Positions 31,382-42,008 of a stretch of DNA of 64,000 nt are shown in pieces. Under the pieces are notes generated by a model, which had not been told where the DNA came from, did no database searches, and was given only the letters and a program-made list of their open reading frames with translations. Source of the stretch: an uncultured Mycoplasmatota bacterium (GTDB lineage: Bacteria; Bacillota_I; Bacilli_A; RF39; UBA660). Numbering within the stretch: position 1 is the first letter of the stretch; every line of letters begins with the position of its first letter. Position numbers and translations under genes: made by a program. The stretch covers positions 8,208 to 72,207 of the forward strand of contig URQZ01000005.1 in NCBI GenBank assembly GCA_900550255.1. Reading direction: 5' to 3'.

Positions 31382-32125
31382 ATGAGATATTTTATGACAT
31401 TTTCATATGATGGTACTAATTATAAAGGATATCAGAAACAACCAAAAGTAAAAACGGTTCAAGGAGAAATAGAAAAAAAATTAAAAAAAATTAATAATGA
31501 TAAAAAAGTAGATATTCATGCATCAGGCAGAACTGATGCACATGTTCATGCTTTAAATCAAAAAGCTCATTTTGATCTTGATAGTAATATAGAACCAGAA
31601 AATTTAAAAAAGGCTCTAAATAGCCTTTTGCCAAGTGATATATATATTAAAAGTATTGTTGAGGTAAATGATGATTTTCATGCGAGATTTAATGTTACTG
31701 GTAAAGAATATATATATAAGATTAATATGGGAGAATACGATCCTATTGAAAAAAATTATGTTTATCAATACAATAAAAGGTTAGATGTTGTTGAAATGGA
31801 ACGCGCACTTAAATATTTAGAAGGAGTTCATAATTTTAAAGCATTTACAAAAACTAATGAAGAAAATAAAGATGATTATGAAAGAAAAATAATTCAAGCA
31901 ACACTTATTAGAAATTATAAAGATGTCAATAAAGTTACCATTTCTTTACTTGGAACAGGATTTTTAAGATATATGGTACGTAATATAGTTGGTACTTTAA
32001 TTGAAATAGGCGAAGGAAAAAGAAAAAGTGAAGATATCATAACTATTTTAGAATCTCAAGATCGTAGACAGGCTGGAAAAACAGCTCATCCAGAAGGTTT
32101 ATATTTAAAAGATGTGTTTTATTAA
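31382..32125 (+). CDS. truA: tRNA pseudouridine(38-40) synthase
   Basis: Contains YDGTNYKGYQKQ and the catalytic SGRTDAHVHA motif. Confidence 0.93.
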   Translation: MRYFMTFSYDGTNYKGYQKQPKVKTVQGEIEKKLKKINNDKKVDIHASGRTDAHVHALNQKAHFDLDSNIEPENLKKALNSLLPSDIYIKSIVEVNDDFHARFNVTGKEYIYKINMGEYDPIEKNYVYQYNKRLDVVEMERALKYLEGVHNFKAFTKTNEENKDDYERKIIQATLIRNYKDVNKVTISLLGTGFLRYMVRNIVGTLIEIGEGKRKSEDIITILESQDRRQAGKTAHPEGLYLKDVFY

Positions 32126-32154
32126 AAAGGTAAAAAAATATTACCTTTTTTTTT
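32126..32154 (+). terminator. Rho-independent terminator after truA
   Basis: Stem aaaggtaa/ttaccttt followed by a T run. Confidence 0.6.
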
Positions 32155-32194
32155 GAATTTCATATAGTATTATAGAAAGTTAAAGGCTGGTGAA

Positions 32195-32425
32195 ATGATG
32201 ATTAAGTTAAAAGATCTAGAATTAGGTCAAAAGGCTATTGTTCAAAAAGTAGAAGTACATGATTCTATTAAAAGAAGAATGTTTGATATAGGACTTATTC
32301 CTGGAAGTAAAGTAGAATGTATAATGAAAAGTCCCTTAGGTGATCCTATTGCCTATATGATAAAAGGGGCAACAATTGCGATTAGAAATGAAGATTCTAG
32401 TAAAATCTTTGTTAGCCTTTTATAA
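32195..32425 (+). CDS. feoA: Ferrous iron transport protein A
   Basis: Small SH3-like FeoA protein (about 75 aa) directly upstream of feoB. Confidence 0.85.
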   Translation: MMIKLKDLELGQKAIVQKVEVHDSIKRRMFDIGLIPGSKVECIMKSPLGDPIAYMIKGATIAIRNEDSSKIFVSLL

Positions 32426-32439
32426 AGGAGTGTTTATGT

Positions 32440-34512
32440 TTGAAAAAAAATAATAGTTATAAAGGCAAATTTGCTCTTGTTGGAAATCCTAATGTAGGAA
32501 AGAGTACTATATTTAATTGTTTAACAGGTATGCATCAACACACAGGCAATTGGCCAGGAAAAACAGTTGGAAGTGCAGAAGGAGTAACTAAGTATAAAGA
32601 TAATGAATATTTGATTTATGATTTACCAGGCACATATTCTCTTATCGCTCATTCACAAGAAGAAGAGGTTACTAGGGATTTTATTTGTTTTGAAGATTAT
32701 GATGGTGTAATAGTAGTTTGTGATGCCGTATGTTTGGAAAGAAATTTAAATTTAGTTATTCAGATTTTAGAAATTACGAGTAATGTTGTCGTTTGCGTTA
32801 ATTTATTAGATGAAGCCAAAAAAAAGAAAATAAAAATAGATTTAAAAAAGTTATCCACAGAATTAGGTGTTCCAGTTGTAGGAACAAGTGCAAGAAGTGG
32901 AAAAGGTATTAAAGATTTACTAGAAATGGCAGTAAAAGCTGTGGAAAAACCTAAGAAAAATACTTTAATAGTTGATTACCCACAAGAAATAGAAAATTCT
33001 ATAAAGAAAATTGAAAAAACTTTAGAAAGAACTAATTTATCGTCAAGATGGTTAGCTTTAAAGTTGTTAAATTATGATTCTTTTTTTATTGAGTCATTAA
33101 ATAAATATTTCGGTTACAATTTTTTTGATAAAAAGTTAAAAAAGGTTGTAATTGATGCAAGAAAGGATTTAAATAATAAAAAACTAAATCCTAGTAATTT
33201 AGAAGATGTTATGGTAACATCTATTGTTAAAAAGGCTGAAGAAATTTCTGATAATGTTATTACTTTTGAAAATGTTAATTATAATAAAAAGGATAGAAAA
33301 GTTGATAAAGTTTTAACTAGTAAAAAATATGGTTTTCCGATTATGTTGTGTCTATTGATGGTTGTATTTTGGATAACTATTATAGGCGCAAATTATCCGT
33401 CATCCATTTTATATGATTTTTTATTTTGGATAGAAGATAAATTATTAGAATTATTTAGAATGATAAAAGCACCAATATGGCTTAGCAACTGTTTAGTTTT
33501 AGGTGTCTATAGAGTTTTAGCTTGGGTTATCTCGGTTATGTTACCACCTATGGCAATATTCTTTCCTCTGTTTACTTTATTAGAGGATTTAGGCTATCTT
33601 CCCCGTATTGCTTTTAATCTTGATAGATGTTTTAAAAAATGTAAAACCTGTGGAAAACAAGCATTAACTATGTGTATGGGATTTGGATGTAATGCAGCTG
33701 GTGTAACTGGGGCAAGAATTATTGATTCTCCAAGAGAAAGGTTAATTGCAATTCTTACTAATAGTTTTGTTCCTTGTAATGGAAGGTTTCCGGCTATAAT
33801 TTCAATTATAACAATGTTTTTTGTTGGCTTTAATGTTAGTTTAGGTAATTCACTATTAACAACAGTAATTTTAACTTTGGTTATTTTAATGGGAATATTT
33901 ATGACCTTTACTATTTCAAGATTGTTATCAAATACTATTTTAAAAGGAATGCCATCTTCTTTTACCTTAGAACTCCCACCATATAGAAAACCACAAATTG
34001 GAAAAGTTTTAATTCGTTCTATTTTTGATCGTACTTTATTTGTTTTGGGAAGAGCAATATCTGTTGCTGCTCCAGCTGGTTTAGTAATATGGGTACTTGC
34101 TAATGTTAATTATAATGGATTAAGTTTATTAGAATATTGTTCTAATTTCCTAGATCCAATTGGTAGTTTAATGGGATTAGATGGAGTTATATTAATGGCT
34201 TTTATTTTAGGTTTTCCAGCTAATGAAATAGTTATTCCATTGATCATTATGGGATATATGGCAATGGGAACTATTACAGAATTTGATAATTTAGTGGAAT
34301 TAAAAAAATTACTTATTAGTAATGGTTGGACAACGACAACAGCGATTAATTTTATTGTTTTTTCTCTTTTTCATTTTCCGTGTTCTACAACATGTATGAC
34401 AATAAGGAAGGAAACAGGAAGTAATAAGTGGATGTTTGTTGCTATTATAATACCTACTTTAGTTGGATTTATATTCTGTGTTTTGATAAATTTGTTTTTT
34501 AAAATAATTTAA
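32440..34512 (+). CDS. feoB: Ferrous iron transporter FeoB
   Basis: N-terminal G domain GNPNVGKST followed by a polytopic permease domain. TTG start after AGGAG. Confidence 0.92.
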   Translation: MKKNNSYKGKFALVGNPNVGKSTIFNCLTGMHQHTGNWPGKTVGSAEGVTKYKDNEYLIYDLPGTYSLIAHSQEEEVTRDFICFEDYDGVIVVCDAVCLERNLNLVIQILEITSNVVVCVNLLDEAKKKKIKIDLKKLSTELGVPVVGTSARSGKGIKDLLEMAVKAVEKPKKNTLIVDYPQEIENSIKKIEKTLERTNLSSRWLALKLLNYDSFFIESLNKYFGYNFFDKKLKKVVIDARKDLNNKKLNPSNLEDVMVTSIVKKAEEISDNVITFENVNYNKKDRKVDKVLTSKKYGFPIMLCLLMVVFWITIIGANYPSSILYDFLFWIEDKLLELFRMIKAPIWLSNCLVLGVYRVLAWVISVMLPPMAIFFPLFTLLEDLGYLPRIAFNLDRCFKKCKTCGKQALTMCMGFGCNAAGVTGARIIDSPRERLIAILTNSFVPCNGRFPAIISIITMFFVGFNVSLGNSLLTTVILTLVILMGIFMTFTISRLLSNTILKGMPSSFTLELPPYRKPQIGKVLIRSIFDRTLFVLGRAISVAAPAGLVIWVLANVNYNGLSLLEYCSNFLDPIGSLMGLDGVILMAFILGFPANEIVIPLIIMGYMAMGTITEFDNLVELKKLLISNGWTTTTAINFIVFSLFHFPCSTTCMTIRKETGSNKWMFVAIIIPTLVGFIFCVLINLFFKII

Positions 34513-34604
34513 TTAATTTTAAATTATTTTTTTTGTCAAAAAATGTCTTTTTAATTTATTTATATTTAACTTTTAACTCTAATATATTTTGATAGGAGGG
34601 GCCT

Positions 34605-37235
34605 ATGAAAACAGATACAAATATTAGAACAGGGTTAACAGATAAAGAAGTATTAAAAAGTAAACAATTATATGGCGAAAATCGTATTTCTAAGATTGAA
34701 AAACCAAGTTTCTTTAAAAATTTTTTAGAAACACTTGGTGATCCTATTATTAAAATATTACTTATAGCACTAGCAATAAAAACGATTTTTCTAATTAAAG
34801 ATTTTGATTGGTATGAAACAGTAGGAATTGTAATAGCAATTTTCTTAGCTTCGTTTATTTCAACTATTTCAGAATATGGAAGTGAACAAGCTTTTTCAAA
34901 ATTACAAGAAGAGGCTTCAAAAATAAAATGTCGTGTTAGAAGAAATGGTCAAATTATTGAAATAAATATAGATGAGGTTGTGGTTGGTGATGTTGTTTTA
35001 CTTGAATCAGGCGATAAAATACCGGCTGATGGGGTTTTGGTAAATGGCGAGATAACAGTGGATGAATCATCTTTAAATGGTGAAGCTAAAGAACAATATA
35101 AGTATCCTTTAAACGGAATTGTAAAAGATGAAAATAATCTTTATCGAGGAACAGTTGTCTATAGTAAGAGAGGAATTATGATTGTAACTAGTATTGGAGA
35201 TCAAACAATTTATGGAAAACTGGCAAGTGAACTTTCAGAGGCTGCACCTGATAGTCCTTTAAAATTAAGACTTAGACATCTAGCTAAAATTATTAGTATT
35301 ATTGGTTATGTTGGTGCAATCTTGGTATCATTATCATATTTATTTTCAGTTATTTTTATTGATAATAATTTTGATATGAAAGAGGTTCATAGTTTAGTAT
35401 CTAATTTCCCACTTCTTTCTAGTTATATACTTCATGCTTTAACTTTAAGTGTGACTATTATTGTTGTTGCTGTTCCAGAGGGGTTACCTATGATGATAAC
35501 GCTTGTTTTATCATCAAATATGAAAAGAATGTTAAAAAATAATGTTTTAGTAAGGAAAATGACAGGTATTGAAACTGCTGGTAGTTTAAATATTCTTTTT
35601 TCTGATAAAACGGGGACTATTACTAAGGGTAAATTAGAAGTTATTGGATTGATGGATGGAGAGTTAAATAGTTATCATACTGAATATGAATTACAAAATT
35701 TACCTAGATTACACAATTTATTTAAAAAGTCTCTTATTTGTAATAATGCTAGTACCTATGATGAAAATGGTAATCCTATAGGTGGTAATATAACGGATAG
35801 AGCGCTTTTAAATTTTATTAAAACAAAATCAGTTGACTATCAAAAATTAGAAACTATTCCTTTTAATAGTAAAGATAAGTTTTCTGTTACTAAAATAAAA
35901 GATATAAAAGAGGAAAAGTTAATTAAGGGTGCTCCGGAAGTGATTTTAAAACACTGTACTAGTTTTTATGATAAGTATGGTAAAAAAAGAAGATTTTATG
36001 ACAAGGATAAGTATCAAAATAAAATAAATAGTTTTACTAAACAAGGTATTAGAGTATTAGCTTTAGCTATTAATGATAATTATGATTTAAATAATACCTT
36101 TTTAAATTTAACTTTAGTTGGTATTGTATTAATTAAGGATGAAGTTCGAAAGGAAGCTATTGAAGGAATTAAATTAGTGAATAAAGCTCATATTCAAACA
36201 GTTATGATAACTGGTGATAATAAAGATACAGCTTTTTCAATTGGAAAAGAAGTAGGGTTAATTAAAAATAATAATGATTTGATTTTAACTAGCGATGAAT
36301 TAAAAACTAAATCAGATGATGAAATTAAAAAAATTCTTCCATATTTAAGAATAGTTGCTCGTGCTCTTCCTCAGGATAAAAGTAGGTTAGTTAAAATTGC
36401 TCAGGATTTAGGTTTGGTTGTTGGAATGACTGGTGATGGTGTGAATGATGCTCCAGCTTTAAAAAAGGCTGATGTTGGTTTCTCAATGGGAAGTGGAACA
36501 GAGGTTGCAAAAGAAGCAAGTGATATTGTTATTTTAGATGATAATTTTTTATCAATATCTAAAGCTATTTTATTTGGAAGAACTATTTTTAAGAGTATAA
36601 GAAAGTTCATTATTTTTCAATTAACAGTTAATATGTGTGCCATAAGTTTATCAATAATTGGTCCATTTATTGGGGTAGATACTCCTGTTACGGTTATTCA
36701 AATGTTATGGATTAATATGGTTATGGATACATTAGCTGGACTTGCTTTTTCGTTTGAACCACCATTATTAGAATATATGGATGAATATCCTAAAAAAAGA
36801 GATGAGAAAATTTTAAATAAATATATGCTTCATGAAATATTGTTTACTGGTTCTTATTCATCATTACTTTGTGTTTTCTTCTTAAAAAATCCGTTTATTC
36901 ATTCATTATTTAGAAATGGAGTAAATGATGAATATTTCATGACTGCTTTTTTTGGTCTATTCATATTTATTGGTATTTTTAATTGTTTTAATGCTAGAAC
37001 TAATAGACTTAATTTACTTTCGAATTTGTTAAAAAATAAAATTTTTCTAGCTACTATTATATTTATTTTTATAGTTCAATTGATTTTAATTTATTATGGA
37101 GGAGATTTATTTAGAACGGCAGGATTAACACTAAAAGAATTAGAAATAATGATTGTTATAGCTTTTACTGTTATTCCTATAGATTGGTTTAGAAAAATAT
37201 TTTTAAGAAGTCGTGGTTATATAGGTGGCGTTTAG
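34605..37235 (+). CDS. Calcium-translocating P-type ATPase (P2 type)
   Basis: Phosphorylation site DKTGTITKG, TGES-like GDKIPADG region, hinge MTGDGVNDAPALKKADVG, ten-TM layout. Confidence 0.9.
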   Translation: MKTDTNIRTGLTDKEVLKSKQLYGENRISKIEKPSFFKNFLETLGDPIIKILLIALAIKTIFLIKDFDWYETVGIVIAIFLASFISTISEYGSEQAFSKLQEEASKIKCRVRRNGQIIEINIDEVVVGDVVLLESGDKIPADGVLVNGEITVDESSLNGEAKEQYKYPLNGIVKDENNLYRGTVVYSKRGIMIVTSIGDQTIYGKLASELSEAAPDSPLKLRLRHLAKIISIIGYVGAILVSLSYLFSVIFIDNNFDMKEVHSLVSNFPLLSSYILHALTLSVTIIVVAVPEGLPMMITLVLSSNMKRMLKNNVLVRKMTGIETAGSLNILFSDKTGTITKGKLEVIGLMDGELNSYHTEYELQNLPRLHNLFKKSLICNNASTYDENGNPIGGNITDRALLNFIKTKSVDYQKLETIPFNSKDKFSVTKIKDIKEEKLIKGAPEVILKHCTSFYDKYGKKRRFYDKDKYQNKINSFTKQGIRVLALAINDNYDLNNTFLNLTLVGIVLIKDEVRKEAIEGIKLVNKAHIQTVMITGDNKDTAFSIGKEVGLIKNNNDLILTSDELKTKSDDEIKKILPYLRIVARALPQDKSRLVKIAQDLGLVVGMTGDGVNDAPALKKADVGFSMGSGTEVAKEASDIVILDDNFLSISKAILFGRTIFKSIRKFIIFQLTVNMCAISLSIIGPFIGVDTPVTVIQMLWINMVMDTLAGLAFSFEPPLLEYMDEYPKKRDEKILNKYMLHEILFTGSYSSLLCVFFLKNPFIHSLFRNGVNDEYFMTAFFGLFIFIGIFNCFNARTNRLNLLSNLLKNKIFLATIIFIFIVQLILIYYGGDLFRTAGLTLKELEIMIVIAFTVIPIDWFRKIFLRSRGYIGGV

Positions 37236-37246
37236 TCATCTTTTTT
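37208..37246 (+). repeat. Direct repeat copy 1 (39 bp): last 8 codons, stop codon and T run of the P-type ATPase gene
   Basis: aagtcgtggttatataggtggcgtttagtcatctttttt is identical to 41311-41349. Confidence 0.9.
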
Positions 37247-37340
37247 GTTGTAATATGGCATATATATAATTTATAGGATTATTTAAATTTTCAATTGAGT
37301 TAATTAAAAATAGATGAGTTATATTTTCTATTTAATTATT

Positions 37341-37369
37341 TTGACAAAACTATTTTTTTGTGGTAGTAT
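37341..37369 (+). promoter_or_regulatory. Candidate sigma-A promoter of the ligase gene
   Basis: TTGACA (37341-37346), 17-nt spacer, TGnTAGTAT extended -10 (37364-37369). Confidence 0.45.
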
Positions 37370-37419
37370 ATGCCGAAAAAGGGAGCTTGCAGTATACGGT
37401 GATATTAGGAGGAATTTAT

Positions 37420-39240
37420 ATGACAAAGGACGAATTATTAAAAGCAAAACAAAATTTATTAAAACTTGAAACATTAAAATTAAGTGGATATCCAACAATA
37501 GATAAACCATGGACTGAAAATTATAATCAAAAAGAGTTAGGAAAAGAAATTCCTAAAAGGACTGTTTTTCAAGAAATTTATAATAACAATTTCTCTTTTT
37601 CAAAAGATTTAGCGCTAGAATTTTTTGGAAGTAAGATAAATTATTCAACTTTTTTTAAAAATATTGAAGCAACAGCAAAAGCATTTCAAGAGTATGGAAT
37701 AAAAAAAGGAAATTTTGTTACAATTTGTGCAGCGGGTATTCCGGAAACTGTTTATTCGTTCTATGCCTTATCAAAATTAGGCGCAGTTGCTAATATGATT
37801 GCTCCTCATTTTGAAAAAAAGGATTTAATAGCAAGAATTAGTGATTGTGAAAGTGACTTATTGATAATAATGGATGAATTTTATCCAGAATTAAAAGATG
37901 CAATAAAAAATTCAAGAATAAAAAATATAATTATTCTTCCAACTTTAAATTCTTCAATATTAAGATTCGTTTCTAAAAAATATAAATTAGATAGTCATAG
38001 TAACGAATTGTATTGGAATCAATTTATTAAAGATGGAAAGAATAGAGAAGAAAGTCAGACTATTTCATATGAAAAAGATTTACCATTAACAATGGTATAT
38101 TCAAGTGGAACAACAGGTGCCTCTAAGGGTATATTATTGTCAAATGATAGTTTTCAAAATTCAATTCAATCATATCCAGCATCTGGTGTTGATATTTCAA
38201 GAGGGCAAAAGTTTTATCAAATTATACCTCCATGGTATTCAACTGGATTAAGTACATCGATACATTTGCCGTTGTCTTATGGAACGTCTGTATTTATGGA
38301 TCCAAGATTTGAAAGAGATATTTTTGTAAAGAATATTGTTAAAGAAAAACCGAATTATTGTGTTGCTCCAACAAGTATGTATGAAGGTTTTTTAGATGAA
38401 AATCTAGTTAAAAATAAAGATTTATCGTTTTTTAATTATCCATTTGAGGGTGGAGAACCATTAAGTAATGAAGTTGCTACTAAGATAGAAACGGTATTTA
38501 AGCAACATGGAAGTGATGCTCGATTAAGAGTTGCTTATGGACAATGTGAATGTGGGGCAGCAATAACAACACAAACCCAAATGGCTGAAAGTACAAGAGG
38601 ATCTGTTGGTATTCCATTACCTGGAATTACAATTGGTATTTTTGACGAAAAATTTAATGAATTACCTTATTATGAAAGAGGACAAATTTTAGCGAATACC
38701 CCATGTAGTATGTTAGGGTATTATAAAAACGAAAAAGCAACAAAAGAATATTTTCATATAGATAAAAATGGTATAAAATGGAATTGTACAGGAGATGTTG
38801 GATATATTGATGAAAAAGGTAATTTATTTGTTCAAGGTAGAGCATCTGATTATTCAACAATAAATGGAGAAAAAATTTATAATTTTGATATAGAGAATAT
38901 TATGATGGAATTAGAGGAAATTAAAATATGTGATGTATTAGAATTTGATGATGATGGCCAAAAAGAATTAGCAGCACATATAATCTTTGCTGAAGAATTT
39001 CAAAAAAACATTAAAGTAAATAAAGATTATTTAGAAAAAAAATTACATGATATTCAACAATATATTTATGAAAAAACTAATAATGAAAATATGGTTCCAT
39101 GTAGATTTAAAATTAGAGATTCATTCCCATATGCCAAGTCTGGTAAAAGAGATGTTGGAAAAATTAAACAGGAAAAGGATGGATTTTTGGTAATTAATAA
39201 AGTTGTTAGTGAAAATAAACAAAAAAAATTATCTCGTTAA
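37420..39240 (+). CDS. AMP-binding (adenylate-forming) acyl-CoA/acyl-carrier ligase family enzyme
   Basis: Core motifs YSSGTTGASKG and GDVGYIDEKGNLFVQGR, plus a C-terminal Lys motif (KSGKRD). The ATG at 37420 follows AGGAGG. Confidence 0.85.
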   Translation: MTKDELLKAKQNLLKLETLKLSGYPTIDKPWTENYNQKELGKEIPKRTVFQEIYNNNFSFSKDLALEFFGSKINYSTFFKNIEATAKAFQEYGIKKGNFVTICAAGIPETVYSFYALSKLGAVANMIAPHFEKKDLIARISDCESDLLIIMDEFYPELKDAIKNSRIKNIIILPTLNSSILRFVSKKYKLDSHSNELYWNQFIKDGKNREESQTISYEKDLPLTMVYSSGTTGASKGILLSNDSFQNSIQSYPASGVDISRGQKFYQIIPPWYSTGLSTSIHLPLSYGTSVFMDPRFERDIFVKNIVKEKPNYCVAPTSMYEGFLDENLVKNKDLSFFNYPFEGGEPLSNEVATKIETVFKQHGSDARLRVAYGQCECGAAITTQTQMAESTRGSVGIPLPGITIGIFDEKFNELPYYERGQILANTPCSMLGYYKNEKATKEYFHIDKNGIKWNCTGDVGYIDEKGNLFVQGRASDYSTINGEKIYNFDIENIMMELEEIKICDVLEFDDDGQKELAAHIIFAEEFQKNIKVNKDYLEKKLHDIQQYIYEKTNNENMVPCRFKIRDSFPYAKSGKRDVGKIKQEKDGFLVINKVVSENKQKKLSR

Positions 39241-39254
39241 TGAGATATTTTTTT
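39230..39254 (+). terminator. Rho-independent terminator overlapping the ligase gene stop
   Basis: Stem tatctc/gagata, 6-nt loop, T7 run. Confidence 0.6.
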
Positions 39255-39326
39255 ATCTAAAATATTTGAGAAATTGTAAAAAGGACTTATTTGTGTGGTA
39301 AAATATTGATATAGGAGAGTGAATTT

Positions 39327-41237
39327 ATGGTTATCTCAAATCTTACATGGGTAATAATTTTTAGTTTTATGTATATTGTTGCATTGTCTTTCTTGTATTT
39401 TTCAAAGACAAGACTAGATAATGGGGAAAATAAAATATATAAGTATATCCTTATTACAAATTTAGTTGGATTGGTATTACAATTTTTATGTGATTTTGTG
39501 TCTTATAAGTATGATGTAATACCTACTATTATAAGTGACTTTGTATTACGATTATATTTAGTATATTTCATTATTTTCATATCATTACTAATTTTTTATT
39601 TAATTGAAATTTCATTTAAGCACAAAAAAATAGCCAATATAATAACTTTAATAGGAGATACATTAATAACTATTGTAGTGTTTATGCTTCCATATAATTT
39701 ACATAGAGATGTGGTTCAAAAAATTTATTATACATATGGACCGGCAGTTCAAGTGGTTTTTTTCTTATCTGCTATATTAAGTTTAGTCATATTTGCAATT
39801 TTAATTGCAAAAAGAAAAAGTGTTGGTTTAAATAAAAAGGTTCTACCAATTTGGTTATATTTATTATTTGGTCTAGGTGTTATGGTTATCCAAATGAAAT
39901 ATCCTGAATTAGTAATAACAACAACAATGGAAAGTTTAATTTGTTTCTTAATGTATTTTACAATAGAAAATCCAGATTTAAAAATGATTACAAAATTGGA
40001 ATTAGCGAAAGATCAGGCAGAAAAAGCCAATCGTGCTAAAAGTGATTTCTTATCTAGTATGTCTCATGAAATAAGAACACCATTAAATGCTATAGTTGGT
40101 TTATCAGAAGATAATTTATCTTATGAATCAAAATGTCCTCCTGAGGTAATAGAAAATTCACATGATATTGTGAATGCTTCACAAACATTACTTGAAATAG
40201 TTGGAAACATTTTGGATATAAATAAAATAGAATCTGAAAAACTAGAAATTGTAGAACATTCTTATAATTTTAAGGAAAGTATTACAAGTATGTGCAAAGT
40301 TACTACGACTAGAATTGGGGAAAAAGATATTAAATTCAATTTAAATATATCTGATGATTTACCTTATGAATTGATAGGTGATAAAGTTCATGTAAAAGAA
40401 ATTGTTAATAATATTTTAACTAATGCAATTAAATATACAGAACAAGGTGAAATTAATTTAAGTGTTAAATGCGTTAATGATTATAATAAAAGATTGTCTA
40501 ATTTAATAATTACATGTCAAGATACAGGAAGAGGAATAAAGAAAGAATATATATCAAAATTATTTACAAAATTTGAAAGATTAGACATTGAAAAGAATAC
40601 AACTACGGAGGGAACAGGACTTGGACTTGCAATAACTAAAGCATTGATAGAAATGATGGGTGGAACGATTAATGTAAGTAGCCAATTTGGAAAAGGTTCA
40701 ATTTTTGTGGTAAATATTCCACAAAAAGTTAGTAAATTTCAAAGACCAATGACTGAAAAAGAAATTATGGATACAGCTTCAAGACTTTTGAATAATAATA
40801 ATAATACAACTAAAGAAAGTAATACAACTAATATTGATTATGGACATAGAAAAATATTAATAGTAGATGATAATAAATTAAATATTAAAGTAGCAAAACG
40901 AGCAATCTCTGATTTTGATTTTGAAATTGATGAATGTTATGATGGACTTGAATGTTTGAATAAAGTTGTTGTTGGAAACGAATATGATTTAATTTTAATG
41001 GATATAATGATGCCTAATATGAGTGGAGAAACAGCAATAAAAAAATTAAAAGAAAATTCGAATTTTAGAATTCCGGTAATAGCTCTTACTGCTGATGCTG
41101 TATCTGGTGCAAAAGAAAAATATGTAAGTGAAGGTTTTGTTGATTATATTGCAAAGCCATTTAACAAGGATCAAATAAAACAAAAACTAGATATTATTTT
41201 TAATGATAGGAATATGTCAAATACCAATAAACGTTAA
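39327..41237 (+). CDS. Hybrid sensor histidine kinase/response regulator
   Basis: About seven N-terminal TM helices, H-box [12 protein letters not shown] and G boxes ([14 protein letters not shown]), C-terminal receiver (ILIVDDN...LILMDIMMP...K). Confidence 0.9.
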   Translation: MVISNLTWVIIFSFMYIVALSFLYFSKTRLDNGENKIYKYILITNLVGLVLQFLCDFVSYKYDVIPTIISDFVLRLYLVYFIIFISLLIFYLIEISFKHKKIANIITLIGDTLITIVVFMLPYNLHRDVVQKIYYTYGPAVQVVFFLSAILSLVIFAILIAKRKSVGLNKKVLPIWLYLLFGLGVMVIQMKYPELVITTTMESLICFLMYFTIENPDLKMITKLELAKDQAEKANRAKSDFLSSMSHEIRTPLNAIVGLSEDNLSYESKCPPEVIENSHDIVNASQTLLEIVGNILDINKIESEKLEIVEHSYNFKESITSMCKVTTTRIGEKDIKFNLNISDDLPYELIGDKVHVKEIVNNILTNAIKYTEQGEINLSVKCVNDYNKRLSNLIITCQDTGRGIKKEYISKLFTKFERLDIEKNTTTEGTGLGLAITKALIEMMGGTINVSSQFGKGSIFVVNIPQKVSKFQRPMTEKEIMDTASRLLNNNNNTTKESNTTNIDYGHRKILIVDDNKLNIKVAKRAISDFDFEIDECYDGLECLNKVVVGNEYDLILMDIMMPNMSGETAIKKLKENSNFRIPVIALTADAVSGAKEKYVSEGFVDYIAKPFNKDQIKQKLDIIFNDRNMSNTNKR

Positions 41238-41310
41238 CTTTTAGGAATTCAAAAATAGAAGTTAGAAAATTCATAGAATATAGTTATTTAGAACAAAAGA
41301 AGAATTAGAA

Positions 41311-41349
41311 AAGTCGTGGTTATATAGGTGGCGTTTAGTCATCTTTTTT
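41311..41349 (+). repeat. Direct repeat copy 2 (39 bp), a non-coding remnant of the ATPase gene 3' end
   Basis: Identical to 37208-37246. The upstream in-frame codon here is TAG, so this is a remnant and not a gene. Confidence 0.9.
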
Positions 41350-41370
41350 TTGTTATTGGTCGGTATTGTG

Positions 41371-41400
41371 TTGACTTTATTGTCAAATAATGTCTATAAT
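41371..41400 (+). promoter_or_regulatory. Candidate sigma-A promoter with an overlapping inverted repeat
   Basis: TTGACT (41371-41376), 18-nt spacer, TATAAT (41395-41400). The inverted repeat ttgac-N6-gtcaa spans the -35. Confidence 0.4.
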
Positions 41401-41416
41401 TTAAATAGGTGATGTT

Positions 41417-41959
41417 ATGGTTTTATCATATAAAGAACTTACAAAAAGGGGCTTTAGTGATTATAAAATAAAGAAAATGCTTGCAGAAAAAAAGTTGTTC
41501 TTTATAAAAAAAGGAATGTATTCCAGTTCAAAAGATTTTGATTATTTAGAGTATATTTCTAAAAAACATCCTAATGCTATTGTTACGCTTGAAAGTGCAT
41601 GTTATTGTTATGGTTTGTTAAAAAAAAAGAAGGACTATTATAGGATTGCTACAAAACAAAAGGATAGAAAGATAAATGATGAATTTATCAAACAAATTTT
41701 TATGACTGATTCTTTATATAGTATTGGTGTTAATGTTATTACTTATAAAGGGTTTAAAATTAAAATTTATGATTTAGAAAGAACTTTAGTTGAGGTAGCT
41801 CGAAATAAGATTTTACTTAGTTATGAAGATTATCATGAAATTATGAATAATTATAAAAAATTATTTCGCTTAGTTAATAAGGAAAAATTATATAATTATG
41901 TTAGTTGTTTTAAAGATAGTCGTATTGAAAAAAGGATAAAGAGGGAATTGGATTTATAA
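41417..41959 (+). CDS. AbiEi-like antitoxin/transcriptional regulator domain protein (orphan)
   Basis: The N-terminal pattern ...KKMLAEKKLFFIKKGMYSS...HPNAIVTLESACYCYGLL matches the AbiEi N-terminal wHTH signature (G.l.ri.rG.Y...p.avvs..sAl..hgl). Confidence 0.5.
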   Translation: MVLSYKELTKRGFSDYKIKKMLAEKKLFFIKKGMYSSSKDFDYLEYISKKHPNAIVTLESACYCYGLLKKKKDYYRIATKQKDRKINDEFIKQIFMTDSLYSIGVNVITYKGFKIKIYDLERTLVEVARNKILLSYEDYHEIMNNYKKLFRLVNKEKLYNYVSCFKDSRIEKRIKRELDL

Positions 41960-42008
41960 ATTTTTCGACCTTGTGTTGTTTACTGATTGCGAAAACTGGA
42001 GTGATAAA

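Noticed and set aside
41238-41310. Possible small gene or sRNA between the hybrid kinase gene and the second 39-bp repeat copy.
   Set aside because: There is no ORF with an SD, no promoter/terminator pair and no obvious structure. It is best explained as junction sequence of the inserted module.
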